Source: Camelus dromedarius
Taxonomy: Eukaryota
Length of the DNA: 64,000 bases
Direction of reading: 5' to 3'
NCBI RefSeq assembly: GCF_036321535.1
Contig: NC_087437.1
Location: forward strand, 85,686,001 to 85,750,000
Below, one piece after another: positions 1-13,984 of the stretch. Each line of letters begins with the position of its first letter. Position 1 is the first letter of the stretch. The position numbers and the translations under genes were made by a program. The notes beneath the pieces were generated by a model. It ran no database searches, was not told the origin of the DNA, and saw only the letters and a program-made list of their open reading frames with translations.

Positions 1-2199
1 AAGAAAATATTTATCCATTCCCTATTTATTCTGATGATAATTTAGTTGGAAAAAAATAGATTGTATTAGGTCCTCTGTTCCAACTACCTTGAAGTCACCA
101 ATACAGTGAATTAGATGATTAATCAAACACTGAACTCTCCGGCATCTATGACTCAAAGAACTAAAATCAAATGCACCCTAAAAATGATATCCTCTTCTTG
201 CTGGCTATTTTAAATTAAGGAGCTTGAAGCATTTTCCACAGCAATAGTCAAAACACCCTCGCACCTCCCCCACTATCTTCTCCTTATAACCTGTTAAAAT
301 AACACTGTCTGCAATTACGGCATCATTTGTTATGCATGATATAATAGACCGCAGATATAAAGAGGTATTATCATTACTTTTGTCCTTTGTTCTTTCAGGC
401 CAGAATATTGCATACTTCTTTACTTTGACATTTATTGCTTTTAGATTGGTAATAGAATGGTTTGTGTTGCTCATTATCTTGAATGATGATAATATTAGAG
501 GTTGGGGAGTCTGTGTTCTCTGGTAAGTAAAGACTTTGTATAATTTAACAAAGGTTATTACTGGACAATTACCCAGAATACACTTCAAGTCTAATAAAGT
601 TTAGTCATATCCAGGCTTAAAGAGACTATTTACTATGGTTTCTAGGAAATTGGATCAGGTAGTGTTCGTATATATGTTTTGCTGCTGCTTTTCACAAGTT
701 CACCCTGACTGTTTCATGGGTAAAAATTATAGTAACATAATTTGCCTGTATGGTAGATGAAATAAAATGCAAAATTATTAGGTTCTGAATTATGAAGTTT
801 TATCTCATTCAGTAAAAATATATACATACACATATATAGCTAAATTTTAGTCTCTTACAGAACTGGAAACCAGTGTCCTACTCTATCCTGACATTGTTCT
901 GTGTGAGGCAGCCCCAAGTCCTTTAATAGCTATAACCAAACATTCTGCAAAGTTCAAATGAAAAAGAAAAGACTTCAGCCAGAAAGAAAGGTAATTTTTC
1001 TACAGGGAGCTCGACTGGTCATGTCTGTCAAAAAAGGTATGTTTCTATATAGCATAGATAAATAATATAAGGAGAAAAGAAAAAAAAAGAAGATAAATTT
1101 CTGATTCTTAAAGAAACTAATCAGTAACCTCACTATCAGGGATTCAGGAGAAAACACTGATTTGAAAAGTGACTCATATTAAAATATGCTGACCAGGAGT
1201 CTGGCACGGGGCTAGTCACCTGTTTTTTAATAGCCAAATGTGTTCAAGAAGGGCACAATATTTCCATAGATCTGACCTGATATTACTATTTATTTAGTAA
1301 GTCAGAAGACAGTTTAAAAGTGGATTCCATTTTAGTCTAGTAGGAGTATGAAGAGCTTGGAGAAATGTCAGGCCCAAACTTCTGGAAACAAGGAAGGCAC
1401 ACGTGACGACCCTTACCACACTAGGACTCATGGACCAAAGTTGTCAAGAGAAATAAATTTTCAATCATTGATAAGCCAAAGATCTCATTATTATTTGTAA
1501 ATGATCATATTCTTTCAGTAGAACGTTACCCATTTGGTATATTTATTAATTTATAGATATTTAATTTAAATTACTATTTCTAGTTCACTGATAAAATGTG
1601 GAATTGTTTCATCAAAAATTACATGTCTGTCAAGCAAATTTTGAACAGCTAAGCTTATGATTTTCCTTCCTTATGCAATGCCACAACAACTGAGATTTAA
1701 TGTACCAAAACCTATGTGTGTGGGAGATTTTGTGCAATAGTAGCAGGACTTAATTACTATTGAGCAAAAATATTTAAGACACACTAAAGGAAAAAGTTGT
1801 GTATTGATTCAAGTTAAGTCGCATGCCATCTGGGTCACCGTGCCTTGTTCACTGTGCATTCAACCAATGTAAATAGAAAACCTTTTTTATGGTGTAACTC
1901 CATAGCAGATGTCTTGTGAAGCACCATGCTAATGGAAAATGCTCTGGAAATTGAACAGTATGATATATCTGAGGGTAGTTTAGATAATTCAGGTGAAAGA
2001 ATAGGCCAGTGTTCCAACAACCATTCATGCACTTACCAAAGTATCTATCAAAAATATTAACAGAACAAATTTTAAAATACTGAGCTAGATAAAAATGAAT
2101 CATCAACAACATACTCTAATTATCCACTAATTTTAAGGTAGACAAAACAAATACTACATGCCAAGTGCTATTAACTATCACAAGACCAAAAAATTAAAG

Positions 2200-2706
2200 T
2201 TGTTTAGGTATGCACTGCAGCAGAATAAATTATCCTAAAATTTCACTTAAAATAATATGTATTTATTACCTCACAGTTTCTGTGGGTGAGAAATCAGGGC
2301 ACAGTTATCCCTCTGCTTCATGGTCTCTCATACAGCTGCAGTCAAGATGTCACTGAGGGCTGAAGATGATCTAATCTCACTTACATGGTTGTCGGCAGGA
2401 TTCAGAACCCTGATGTTTCTTGGACTGAGGGTCTCAAGTTCTTACTAAATGTTAGCTGGAGACTGCTTTGATTTTTTACCACGTAGAAGCCTCCAACATC
2501 AAAGCCAATAAAAGGTGGAGGGAGAAATACTGCTGGCAAGGTGAAAATTGCAATTTCCTGTAACATCATCATGGCTGTTTCATTCCCTTAACGTTGCTGT
2601 ATTCTATTGCTTTGAAGCAAGTTACTCAAGAGGCAGGAATTACATAAGGCTACTGACAACAGGGGATGAAGATCATTTCAGACCATCTTAGAAGCTGCCT
2701 TCCATA
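2200..2706 (-). mobile_element. MaLR solo LTR, MLT1F-like
   Basis: Contains 'tttattacctcacagtttctgtgggtgagaaatcagggcacag' and ends 'gaccatcttagaagctgccttccata', the reverse complement of the MLT1E/F-type start (tgtgg..gcagc.tctaagatggcc). Confidence 0.8.
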
Positions 2707-2884
2707 GGAGCTTAGAGGAGCACGTGATTAAGAGAATTCTCTGCCACAATAATGAATTATCCTTCTAATACTTCTTGGAAGAATTTGTCTACTTAACAAA
2801 TATTTTTGTGTCAATCACTGGACTAAAACTGTTGTTAAATTCATCTGAGTTACCCTTCAAAAAAACACTGTAATTTAGGGATTT

Positions 2885-3020
2885 TGTCTCATTTTATACA
2901 TAAAAAACCAAAACAGACATATTTAGTAATTTGTCCAAGGGCATTTGGCCCAGGAATTACATATCAATATGCAAATCCAAATAATGACTATATAATCAAT
3001 ATTAACCACTACGCTACACA
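2885..3020 (-). mobile_element. MIR SINE fragment (very decayed)
   Basis: 'cattttatacataaaaaacc...agtaatttgtccaaggg' resembles the MIR core. Confidence 0.5.
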
Positions 3021-3264
3021 GCTTTATGAAGAAGTTGGCATTTGAACTAAGATTTCACACTCTGCAATGAGTAGAAATAAAAAAGTAAAATTAAAGGCAT
3101 AAAATGAGAGGAAGAATCTTTCCATGAAAAAGAATTAAGTCTTAAATTAGGGTATTAAAATGAACATAGAGAAAATGGAACAAATACAACAGTGTTAAAG
3201 AAGAAGCACAGAATGGTCAAGATTTCTGACTGAAGTTAAACCAAAAAAATGTAAATATTTAGCT

Positions 3265-3460
3265 CTTTTTAGCTGTGTGACCTTTGGTGAAGTTTACTAT
3301 CATACTACATTTCTGTTTCTTCACCTATGAAGTATAGCTAGCAATGAAGCCTAATCCATAGGATTGCTCTATTGCTTTGAGCTAACGTACAGTAACTTCT
3401 TTGATAAATCCTTTGTTAATAGTTAGTATCCAATAAATACTACCTACTAATATTATTGCT
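3265..3460 (+). mobile_element. MIR SINE
   Basis: 'tagctgtgtgacctttggtgaagtt...tttctgtttcttcacctatgaa...caataaatac...tattatt' matches the MIR core and tail. Confidence 0.7.
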
Positions 3461-3719
3461 TTTTTTTTTTTCCAACAGAACTCGGGAAGACGGTAAATTC
3501 AGAAAACAAACAAAAAAAGAACCAAAGGCTACTGGCATGAAGAGACAATTATAAACAAGAAATAAAAATGTACAATACATGTGATCATCAAATAAAAGCA
3601 AATTAAACAAAAATATAGTGCCATTTTAAATAGTTATACTGGCAAAAAATAAACAAGTAGTTCATCTTAGTGAGGGTACATTGAGACAAGTGGTCTCATA
3701 TAATATTTTAGAATAATTA

Positions 3720-5356
3720 CTTTCTAAATTTTACATTAAATCATGGAAAATGTCAACCATATGCAAAAATAGCAAGACTGTGTAATGAATCCAATATAGT
3801 CTCACTCAGCTTCAACAATTATCAATTTTTGGTGGAATTGTTACATCTCTACCCTCAACATGCACGATTATTTCAAAGCAAATTTCAGGTATCATATTGG
3901 TCCATCCATAAATTCTCAATGTTTCTCATTATCAGACCTAAAATAATTGAATTTCTTTATATTTTATGAATACTTAGACCACGTTCAGGTTTTCCCAGTA
4001 CCTTCAAAGTTGCCTTGTATTGCTAAGGAGTAGTCCATGCCATGGGATTTGTGGAATCATGCACTTGTAGATGGATGTTTGCACTGTTTCCAATTAGGAG
4101 GGGTAGTAAAGATGTAAAGTGACTATGAACCTTCATGTACAAGCCTTTTTTGTGAATAAAGATTTTGTATTTTTCTTGAGTAAATATCTAGGAGTGGAAC
4201 TGCTGAGTTCTATAGTAAGTGTATGTGTAACTTTAAATGAAACTGCCAAACTATTTTCCAAAGTTACTGAATGATTTTGCATTCTCATCTGCAACATTTG
4301 GAAGTTCCAGTTGCTCTGTATTTTCTCCAACACTTGGTATAGTCAGTACTTTAGCCTTTCTAGTGAGTGTGTAGCAGTATGCCATTATATTTGTTAATTT
4401 GTACATAACCTAACCTCAAAATCCATGTTCATTTTTTTCCATATGAATATCCAATTGTTCCATTGCCATTGTTGAAAAAATCATCCTTTCTCCTTTAAAT
4501 ATCTAGCAGTTGGTCAAAAATCAATTAAAAATATATGTGTATTATATTTCTGGATTCTCTGGTCTGTGTGTCTATGCATATACACCAATACCACACTGTG
4601 TTTGATGTGTTTAAGTAAAGTCTTTACATTAGGTAAGGTAGAGTAACTTCTAATTTTGTCTTTCAAGATTGCTTTAAATATTTCTGGTCCTTTGCATTAC
4701 ACATACATCTTAGATCAGCTTATCAATATCTACAAAGAGGGCATCCTAAACTTTGATGAAGACTGCAATTAACCTATAGATCAATTTAATGAGAATTGAC
4801 ATCTGGGCGCTACTGGGTTATCTGATCTTCAATATGCTGTATCTTTATTTTCTTTAATAATTCTCAATAGTACATTGTTAATCCCCAAATGTTATGCATT
4901 TCTCAATGCTATTATAAACATTATTTTAAACTTCAGATTGTTCACTGGTGAAACTATTCATTTCCAAAATTCATTTCATTTTTGTATATTTATCTTTGCT
5001 TCTATGAATCTGCTAAACTTACTTATTAGTTCTAGTAGCTTTTTGGTAGATTCTGTATGATTTTTTGCATAGAAATAGTATGTATACTATTTATTTCTTT
5101 TTCTTGCACCTTTCCACTGGCCACAACTTACTGTACAGGGTTGAACAGAAGTGGTATATCAGACATCCTTGCCTTGGTCCTGATCTTACCAGGAGGGAGG
5201 AACTCAATCATTTACCACTAGATGGGATGCTAACTGGAGGTTTTTATAGATTTTCTTTATCAGTTTCACAATGTTACCTTCTATTCTTCATTTGCTGAAA
5301 GTAATGTTTTTAATCCTAAGTGGTTATTGAATTTTATGATGTTTTGCACTTTCTGA

Positions 5357-5390
<34 letters not shown>

Positions 5391-6040
5391 TTTCTTAGTA
5401 TCATGATCACTTTTTTTTTTTTTTTTTTGGTTTTAATGTTATACCAAATTTGCATTCCTGGGATAAACTACACATGATCATGATGTATTATCATTTTTGT
5501 ATATTACCTGATTTGATTTGCCAACTAGGACTTTTGCAACATGATAAAGAGGGATATTATTACGTAGCAAGCTTCTATTTTACTGTTTTTTGCAGGCTTT
5601 GTTTTCAGAGTAATGCTGGTCTCAAAAAATCTATTTAGAAGTGTTTCCTTCTCTTCTGTTTTCTGCAAGTCTGTGAAGAGTTTACCAGTGAAGGCATCTA
5701 TGCCTAGAATTCCCTTTGTTCAAAGGTGTTTGACTACAATTTCTATTTCTATAATAGATACAGGAGTATTCATATTGCCTATTATTTTTGAGTAAGTTTT
5801 GATAGGTTGTGTTCTTAAGGAATTAATCCATTTCAAATAATTGAATACAATAATAAATATTTAATATTAGTAAATATATTCACTACCTTCTTTAATGTCT
5901 GGAAAATTTTTGATTATGTCCCCTCGTTCCTTCCTGATATTGGTACATTGTGTCTTTTTCTACCCAATGCCCTCACCACTCCATCCCTGATTCATTTTTG
6001 CTAATTCTTTATCAGTTGGATTGATCCTTTCAATAAAAAA
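3720..6040 (-). mobile_element. Old L1 (L1MC/L1ME-type) 3' UTR and ORF2 fragments, internally deleted
   Basis: Typical antisense L1 text such as 'gagtaaatatctaggagtggaactgctgag', 'tatccaattgttcc', 'gacatccttgccttggtcctgatctta' and 'ttgcattcctgggataaac'. ORF 4133..4333 has L1 ORF2 C-terminal-like 'TLENSLAVSFK'. Confidence 0.85.
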
Positions 6041-6229
6041 GCCTGTGATGAGGGTGAGACATTGAAGGAAGTATCTAGGGACCAAGACTGGGGAAATGTA
6101 CCTCAGGGGCAAAATTCCTAGGAGAATGACATGACTAAAAAAAAATAAGTAAATAAAGACTCCCAATCTAGAGATTAAATCAAAAAGTCCATTGCCAGTT
6201 TTGTTTTTTGTGAGCTATAACTAGATCAT

Positions 6230-6427
6230 ATCTTACTAATCAGCCTGAACTCCAGTTCCTTTGTTCCCCAGCCCTATGGATGGAGGCTGCTTTCTGTAGT
6301 TAATAATTCTAGTTAGAGCCCTTTTGTTCTTTAACTTTTCCATACTTGTTAAATATCTTCCTATAAAAAATTCTCTCAAGTATCAAGCGTGATTTCTGTT
6401 CTCCTTACTAGGCACTATCTAATAAAA
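6230..6427 (+). mobile_element. ERVL LTR 3' fragment (LTR33-like)
   Basis: 'ggaggctgctttctgtagtt...taaaaaattctctcaag...tttctgttctccttactagg' resembles the LTR33-group U5 end. Confidence 0.45.
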
Positions 6428-6659
6428 GAATACTGTTTTTATGGGCTGACCCACCTTGTTCTTTATGTTTAACTTTATTTTAAAAATTTACTTATTTTAT
6501 ACAAGATAATCAGAATTGGATTAAACCTAATCGTTGGTTTTTTATATACTTTCATTTTTGGTCCATTCATAGTTTATTTTCATTTAGTTGATTTTTAAAT
6601 TTAATTACTTTCAACCATGTAATTAACAATTATAACTCACCATCCAAAATAAAAGGTAC

Positions 6660-7885
6660 TACAGTGCAGTGGGAAAATCATCAGATTTTTTCCAACAAAT
6701 GTACCAGGTCAGTCGGAGGTTCGTGTGGGGAAAATATATATCTTGATTTCTACTTCAAACCATACACAATTGTGGATATAAATCTAAGGTGATAGGAAAT
6801 ATTTCAAAGAAATCAGAGCAAGTTATCATGTGACTCTGGAGGAGAAAAATATTTCTTCAACAAGAAAGGGACATCAATAACATAAAATAAAATTTTGCAG
6901 GCTGGTCTATATTAAAGATGAGATATTTGATTGCCAAAACCACCATTAAAAGTGTGAAGAGATAACAAATGGAGTAAAGAAAAGTATTTGCAATATAGAT
7001 ATATGAGAAAAGATCCATCTCAGAAAGGCAAATGAAAAAAGGCAGAAACCCAACAGAAAAAATAGCAGAAGACGTGCACATGAATTTTACAAAAGAGTAT
7101 ATCAACTGAACAAAAAAAAAGTATGGAAAGAAGTTAAACGTCATTAGTGATAAGTAGAATGAAAACTTAAACCATAAAGCAATACCCATTAGACACCTAT
7201 GAGAATGGCTAAAATGCAAAACAACAACAACAACAAAGTAGCAAATGTTGTCACAGGTGTGGAGTATGAGAGTGATGATAGCGGATCATGACAGTAATAA
7301 ATTGCTACAATTTTGGAAAATGATTTGCCAGGATCTACTAAAGTTGAATGTATGCAGATCCTATGACCCAGCCGTGACTCTCCTGGATGTATGTTCACTA
7401 TATATACACGAAGACATGTTCACCACAAAAAAGTACTAGCATTATTTGTATGGGCACTGTTTGTGATAGGGTTGAATTTGAAACTAAGAAAGTCTTATTC
7501 ACAGAAAAGCAAATAAATACATTTTGATACATTCTCACAAATAAATTATACAGCAAGATTAACCCTTTATAATCACCTCAAAAATACGGATTCACCTCAC
7601 AGGTCTAATGTTGAGCAAAAGGACCCAGACACTAGGGTACATACTGTCTGATTTCAAACAAGCAAAAACTAATCCATGATGTTAGCAGTCATGTTAAATG
7701 GTTACACTTGATGGGAATAAGAGAAAAAGACTGAAAGAAAGCAAAAGGGAGATTTCTAGTTTATTCTTAAAATTCTGTTTCTCAATCTGAATGATGTTTA
7801 TAAGGGTACTTTTCCTTTGTAAAAACTCACTGGGCAATATGCTTATGAAGGGTGTACTTTTCTATAAACATTTTACACTACAATA
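6660..7885 (+). mobile_element. Old L1 (L1ME-type) ORF2 3' end and 3' UTR
   Basis: Sense L1 text: 'aacccaacagaaaaaatagcagaagac', 'cctatgacccagc', 'atgttgagcaaaaggacccagacac', 'aaaaactaatccatgatgttag'. Confidence 0.85.
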
Positions 7886-8179
7886 CAGAGTTACAGGAAA
7901 TAAAGCCAGGATTTCAGCAAACCTGTATGTAATCATAGGCATTCACCCAATCTATTTTCCCACCTCTCACAAGCTGAGGTATTCATTATCCAGAATCCTG
8001 TCACCACTCTTTTTTATGGAGTTTCATTTGCATTTCTATGTATTCCTAAAGAGTATTTTAAAGTATATATAGAATTATTTGCTGCTTTTAACTTGTAAAA
8101 GGATACTATACTGTGTAGGTAATGATTGTTGAGATTCACTTTTTTTCCCCATATGATACTATATCGTTAAGATTCAGAT

Positions 8180-8250
8180 CTGACACTTTGCTATACTTCT
8201 GAAACTACATTATAAATCAACTACACTTCAATAAAAAATAAAATTTATAA
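8180..8250 (+). mobile_element. Extreme 3' end of a cetartiodactyl-type L1
   Basis: 'actttgctatacttctgaaact..attataaatcaactacacttcaataaaaaataaa' is the L1 terminal motif with polyA signal. Confidence 0.7.
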
Positions 8251-11200
8251 AAAGAATGAAATAAATATTAAGGATTAAAATTCAAAAAAAATTCAGATTT
8301 GAGTACTGAAGTTGGCACTACACAGTGCCTGTGGGTGTGTGCTTATATAAACACATGAGTTTGCCTGAATATTTAGATTACTTCTGAATTAAATTCTAAC
8401 CCTGTATTTTGCTATCTGACTTCTTATGTGTGTTGATTAATGATACTGTTAGAAAACTAGCTGTTCATGTAGGAAATGTGATATGCTTTCTATCTAAATT
8501 CTGTTCAAATTAAGCTACATATCAATACTAATTAAAAGAAATGGTTTTTGAGTTTAAAAAGCTATAGTTAGTTTCACATTTTTACCAGCATTAGTTTTGG
8601 ATCATACACACTTATACACAGACAGAATAAACATTCATTTTCTAGGCAGTAATACTCAGACTCTTATTGCTTATAATTACTATAAACATTGAGGGACATA
8701 ATTTGACTTACGGTATACATAAAGTCGAGCAATAACAAACCTGTTGAACTGGGTTTTAGTACATTAAAAAACTGAAGCCAATTTCTGAATTAATTATAGC
8801 AACCAATACTGCTGCACTTTATTTCCTTCCATGAGCCCACGCTGAAGCATTCTAAACATAATTTCTGAATGATAACTGCCACATTCCTGCTGTTACCTTT
8901 TTAGTCACATGAGAATAACAACAGGTTACAGTCATCCTCATCACTAAAATGAAATCTCTACTTCTTAGAAAAGAAAAGGAAGAGTTAGCATAAGCAGTGA
9001 AAAAGTTCACAGATGGGAAAATGATATATTTTGATCTGCCTTTGACATAATGGGTCCTGAACAAGGGCCTTAGAATCACAGAAAAGTTCTTTATTCTTAG
9101 GGGTAACAGTTTCAAGGCTGGTTGATGATAGAAATATTTTCATTTGTTGGGAAATAATGCTCCTTTGAAGACTTTTTACACCTGCAGAAGATGAAGACAT
9201 ATTTACTTCTGTAGGAGTTTGCCTGAAATATTATAATTCATGAAAAAAAATGCCTGAATGAAACATAGTTCATTTCATAAACCTTCATTTTTATGTTGAA
9301 TTCAAAGTGGAAAAAAGCTTTTCATAATTAAACATACATCTGACTTCCTTTTGTCAATACAACCTTTTTAGTTCCAAGTGAACAAAAAAAAAACCCTATA
9401 ATTGGTATAAAGGACATGTTTTAATCTTTTAAAAAATGTATTTAAGCCTGTATCAGCAAGCACACAAGACTCTTATTTATGTGTGCTCTTTTATGAAATT
9501 CCTATTAAGCCCTTCCTAAAAATTCATACCAAATAGTTTATTTAAGAATAAAGATAAGAAATTTTACTACATTTGGTAAAACTTTTTCTAAGCAGATTTT
9601 TCCTTCTTTTTTTGTATCCTGTCGACAGTAAGTTCTTTTAGCGAGGAGAAAAACTATTAAAATATGCTTCTTTGAATTGTGGTTCAATTTTCTTTAAACA
9701 AATATATAGAGATTATTCCAATATCTATGAAGTATAGTCAGAGATCTGCTTTCTAACATATTTGTGTTTTCCAAGAGTCTTAATTTTTTTTTATTGGGTT
9801 CATATGTTTAATTACAACTCTGTTTTTACTTTGATGATAATATATGGTACAATAATGCATTAATAACCATTTTATTTATTGTGTTAGCATGTGCTCAGTG
9901 TTTTAACAATCTGTTCTGACTCTGTATGACAACTCTGGAGATGATTGGCCATGGATCCTGGAAGGAAACTCTGTTCAGAATGTTGAGGTAACACAAAGCG
10001 TCAGATTGGCAAATTAGACTCATAAGAAGTAGAGATCTTACCCAGTATCAACTTTACCAGTGCTTCAATGATGTTAAGTGATCACCGGTCATAGAAAAAG
10101 CAGGCAGAGGTCTGGGACCACCAGTGCAGTCTGGTCCTTCTTTGCCTGATCACAATTGACTTTACTTCAGATTTAAATAAGAAAACCCTAAGCAATCACG
10201 TATCTATGATATTTACACAGAAAGGAGCCATTTCAGCCTGAAGCATCCTTATTCCATACTAAGAGAGTTCCATAACTTTTGTGACATTTTCAAGAAAGCC
10301 ATGCTCCATAAACTCATAGGTTACGGATCTGATTAAAATAAGCAATCCTAGACAGACTAGGTATATCCTGCTAAAAAGATTACATATTTAAAGACTCCTT
10401 GGCTAACAATTACTACCAATACATTTCAGAGTAGTTTGTCTTTAGAAGACCTACAAAGCAGGGGTTGAAGTGTCTCCTTTATTCATTTGTGGGAGGATCT
10501 GTCCTTATAAAAGAAGAGAATGGACTGAATGCTAGTTGCTCAGCATTTTCTCCTAAATATTATCAGAAGGGGAAGAGAACCTCTTGAAGTAATGGAAGCT
10601 AGTAGTAAAAAGAGAAATAGTTTGCCTAGGAGGTAACACACCAAAACAAGGAATAAGGGTTTGGGAAAGAGAAAGAGTGTCACTTAGGAGAGTATTTGCC
10701 TATTTTGAAAATCTATGTCGACTCCAATATCTGCATAAAAACACTTATGATACTGTCACCACACTGTGAAGAGCTTCTACAGTGTCACGTTTTGGTCTTA
10801 TTATTGAAATTGCTCTAATTTGCTATGCTGTGTACTTGATGAGCATTATTTAGGATTACAAATCCTACACCAAGGTGCATAATGGAAATGCTATATAAAA
10901 TGAACAAATTTTACTATACTTTGCCAAGTTACCAGCCACTGAAATGAGCAAGAACATTCTGCTATGACTCCTTTAAGAAACGATATATGTCAATTTGAAA
11001 TTTTTTAAAATAACACAGAAATAATATAAAATAATACAAAACAATTCAACACAAAATGATACAATTATAAATTATAAAATATAAATTATACTGAAAATCA
11101 TTCAGTTAACATACTTCATGTGGTTGGGTGCCCTGAATGGTATTAAAATCTTTTTACAGTAAAAGCAGTGAAGGAATGGCATTCTTGGGTAAAATATGAC

Positions 11201-11744
11201 TTAAATTTCCCCTAAAAACAAAATTTTGATGTTTGAAGGAGAAAATACAATCAGTTTTTATCAGATTGGTCTATATACTCAGACTATGTAAATAACTTTT
11301 CATCATGCCCCAAATGCTTTCTAAAGTAGCTGCCAAATATAAATTATCTCCTGCCTTTCTTAGTAACATAGAAATATATTATTAAATGCCTAGAGTAATT
11401 TCTGGGGAGAGACTCAGCATAAGAACTGTCTGCAGGCAACACTCTTGGCAGTTGGAAAAATTCTGTCTTTGTCCTTAAAGTGAGGGAGGGGCCCAGGGAG
11501 CAAAACATTCTCTCCATATCCTTTATTGCAATAAGTAACAGAAGACCTTCAGAAATCACCAGCTATTTATAATCAGAGATTCTGGTTACACAACTGCTAT
11601 TCATATAAAAACTACTTATCAGGGAAACTTGTATACTGTAGGCATATAATGGAGTCTTTCAGAGCAATGCAAATACATTTTCTCATTACTATTTTTCAGT
11701 TGATTTTTGGTTGCAATTTAACATTAGAGGAAAGAGAATATTTG

Positions 11745-12103
11745 TGTGATGGTTAGTTTAATGCATCAATTTGGAAGATGTTTTTGAATGAGATTAACAT
11801 TTGAATTAATGAACTTTCAGATTGCCTTCCGTAAAGTGAGTGGGCCTCATCTAATCAGTTGAACACTTGCGTAGAACAAAAGATTAGCCTCCCTGAGCAA
11901 GAGGGAATTCTCCGGCAGACTACCTATAGACTAGAATTGTACCATCATCTCTCCTGGGTGTCCAGGCTGCCAACTCATACTGCAGATTTGGACGTGCCAG
12001 CATCCATAATCACACAAGCCAATTACTTATGATAAATTTCTTGATACGTATGCATATTTACAGATCCTATTGGTTCTACTTCTCTGAAGAAATCTGATTA
12101 ACA
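11745..12103 (+). mobile_element. ERVL solo LTR, MLT2B-like
   Basis: Starts 'tgtgatggttagtttaatgcatcaa', contains 'gggcctcatctaatcagttgaa' and 'gagcaagagggaattctcc', ends 'cctattggttctacttctctgaagaaatctgattaaca'. TG...CA termini. Confidence 0.9.
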
Positions 12104-12473
12104 GATCTAGTTTAAAATTAAGCTACTACCTATTGAAAAAAGTTAGAAAATTATCATAGTGATTTTCATGTAATTATCTTTCATCTCATTTTTCCCTCAT
12201 TTTTGCACTAATATTTCATGCCAAATAGATATTCCTGTAAAACTAAATTAGAATTTAATACAAGGACATTCTAACCTTTTATTTGACATGGGAGTGCTCC
12301 TCAATAAAATTATACCAAAAATGTACATCTTTGATGAGTGGAATAAAAGAGGGCAATATTAGACAGGAATTTTAAAATATTTCAAATATTAGTTTTATTT
12401 CTCTTCTTTAATATCTTCCCCAAAGACTGGAGTATAATTCTCTTAGTGAAATTATAAAGCTGTTAACTCAATT

Positions 12474-13225
12474 ATATATATATTTTATTTATTTATTTAA
12501 TATATATATATTTACTTACATATATTTCTATATATTTAAATTTTATTGAAGTATAGTTGATTTACAATGTTGTATTAGTTTCAGGTACACAGCAAAGTGA
12601 TTCAGTTTACATGTATATATATATATATTCTTTATATATATATATTATATATATTCTTTTTCAGATTCTTTTCCACATAGATTATGACAAAATATTGAAT
12701 ATAGCTCCCTGTGCTATACAGTAGGTCCTTGTTGTTTATCTATTTTATATATAGTAGTGTGTATCTGTTAATCCCAAATTCCTAATTTACCCCTCCCTGA
12801 ATTTCCCCTTTGGTAACGTAGTTTAATTCTATGCCTGTGAGTCTATTTCTGGTTTGTAAACAAATCCATTTGTATCATTTTTTTTTCAGATTCTACATAT
12901 AAGTGATATCATATGATATTAGTCTTCTCTGTCTTACTTCACTTAATATGATAATCTCTAGGTCCATGCATGTTGCTAAATGGCATTATTTCATTATTTT
13001 TTATGGCTGAGTAACATGTCATTGTATAAATATACCACATCTTCTTTATCCAGTCATCTGTTGATGGACATTTAGGCTGCTTCCATGTTTGGCTATTGCA
13101 AATAGTGCTGCTATGAACACTGGGGTGCATGTATCTTTTTGAGTTAGAGTGCCCTCTGGATATATACCCAGGAGTGGAATTGCTGGATCATATGGTAACT
13201 CTATTTTTAGTGTTTTAAAGAGAAA
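12474..13225 (-). mobile_element. Younger cetartiodactyl-type L1, 5'-truncated (ORF2 C-terminus, 3' UTR, TA-rich tail)
   Basis: ORFs 13046..13258 and 12939..13130 give L1 ORF2 C-terminal motifs 'LKIELPYDPAIPLLGIYP' and 'TWKQPKCPSTDDWIKKMWYIYTM'. The 3' end reads 'ttttattgaagtatagttgatttacaatgttgt'. Confidence 0.95.
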
Positions 13226-13559
13226 ACATATTTTTAATGTGTATAGTGTTTTATCCATATGGTGTCACTACTTCATTTCCATAAATATTTATTTACATCT
13301 ATTATTTTCCAGGTTTGTCCTAAGGACTTGAAATTCATTAGTAAATAAAGTTTATATCCTTGACAGTGTGGTGCTTATGTTGAAGTGAACTCTAGTGAGG
13401 ATGTGGGTTCATTTTCAGCTTTATTACTAGTCCATTGGTAAATAAAATTTGTTTAACTTTATCATTAATCTCATCATAACCTAAATTTGAAATTGAATCT
13501 GATAGGCTCACGGACGAGGATACTAATCTCTGGGGATAGCCACTGAAGGCAATAAAATA

Positions 13560-13960
13560 AACAAATAAGCAAACAAACTCATAGAAAAAAAGATCAAATT
13601 TGTGGTTACCAGCGATGGGAGTGTGGGGTGGGGGAAATGGATGAAGGCAAAGGTACAAACTTCCAGTTACAGGATAAACAAGTACTAAGGATGCAATGAA
13701 CATGGTAAATATAATTAACACTGCTGTATGTTACATATGAAAGTTAAGAGAGTAAATCCTAAGAGTTCTCATCACAAGGAAAAAAAATTTTTTTTATTTC
13801 TTTAATTTTGTATCTATATAAATGATGAATGTTCACTAAATTTAATTATGGTAGTCATTTCATGATATATGCAAGTCAAATCATTAATACTGTACACCTT
13901 AAATTTGCACATTGCTTTTTGTCAATTATATCTCAATAAAACTGAAAGAAAAAAGAAACA
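13560..13960 (+). mobile_element. L1 3' UTR (laurasiatherian, L1MA9-related)
   Basis: 'aaacaaactcatagaaaa...gtggttacc...ggtacaaacttccagtta...gttctcatcacaagg...tgtcaattatatctcaataaaactg' followed by an A-rich tail. Confidence 0.9.
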
Positions 13961-13984
13961 TACATACATACATAAAGTGTAGAC

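Noticed and set aside
1926..2040. Short + strand ORF (MLMENALEIEQYDISEGSLDNS) and a minus-strand donor at about 2031-2037
   Set aside because: No partner splice sites and no recognisable homology; expected by chance.
5350..5430. T29 run flanked by near-direct repeats 'tttct(g/t)agta', suggesting a poly(A)-only insertion with TSD
   Set aside because: The right copy matches what L1 consensus already has here (ttttt..tttagtctgttaata-like), so slippage expansion of a native T-tract is simpler.
9920..9995. Possible exon ending 'GTTGAG|gtaaca'
   Set aside because: Weak donor, no clear acceptor and no recognisable peptide.
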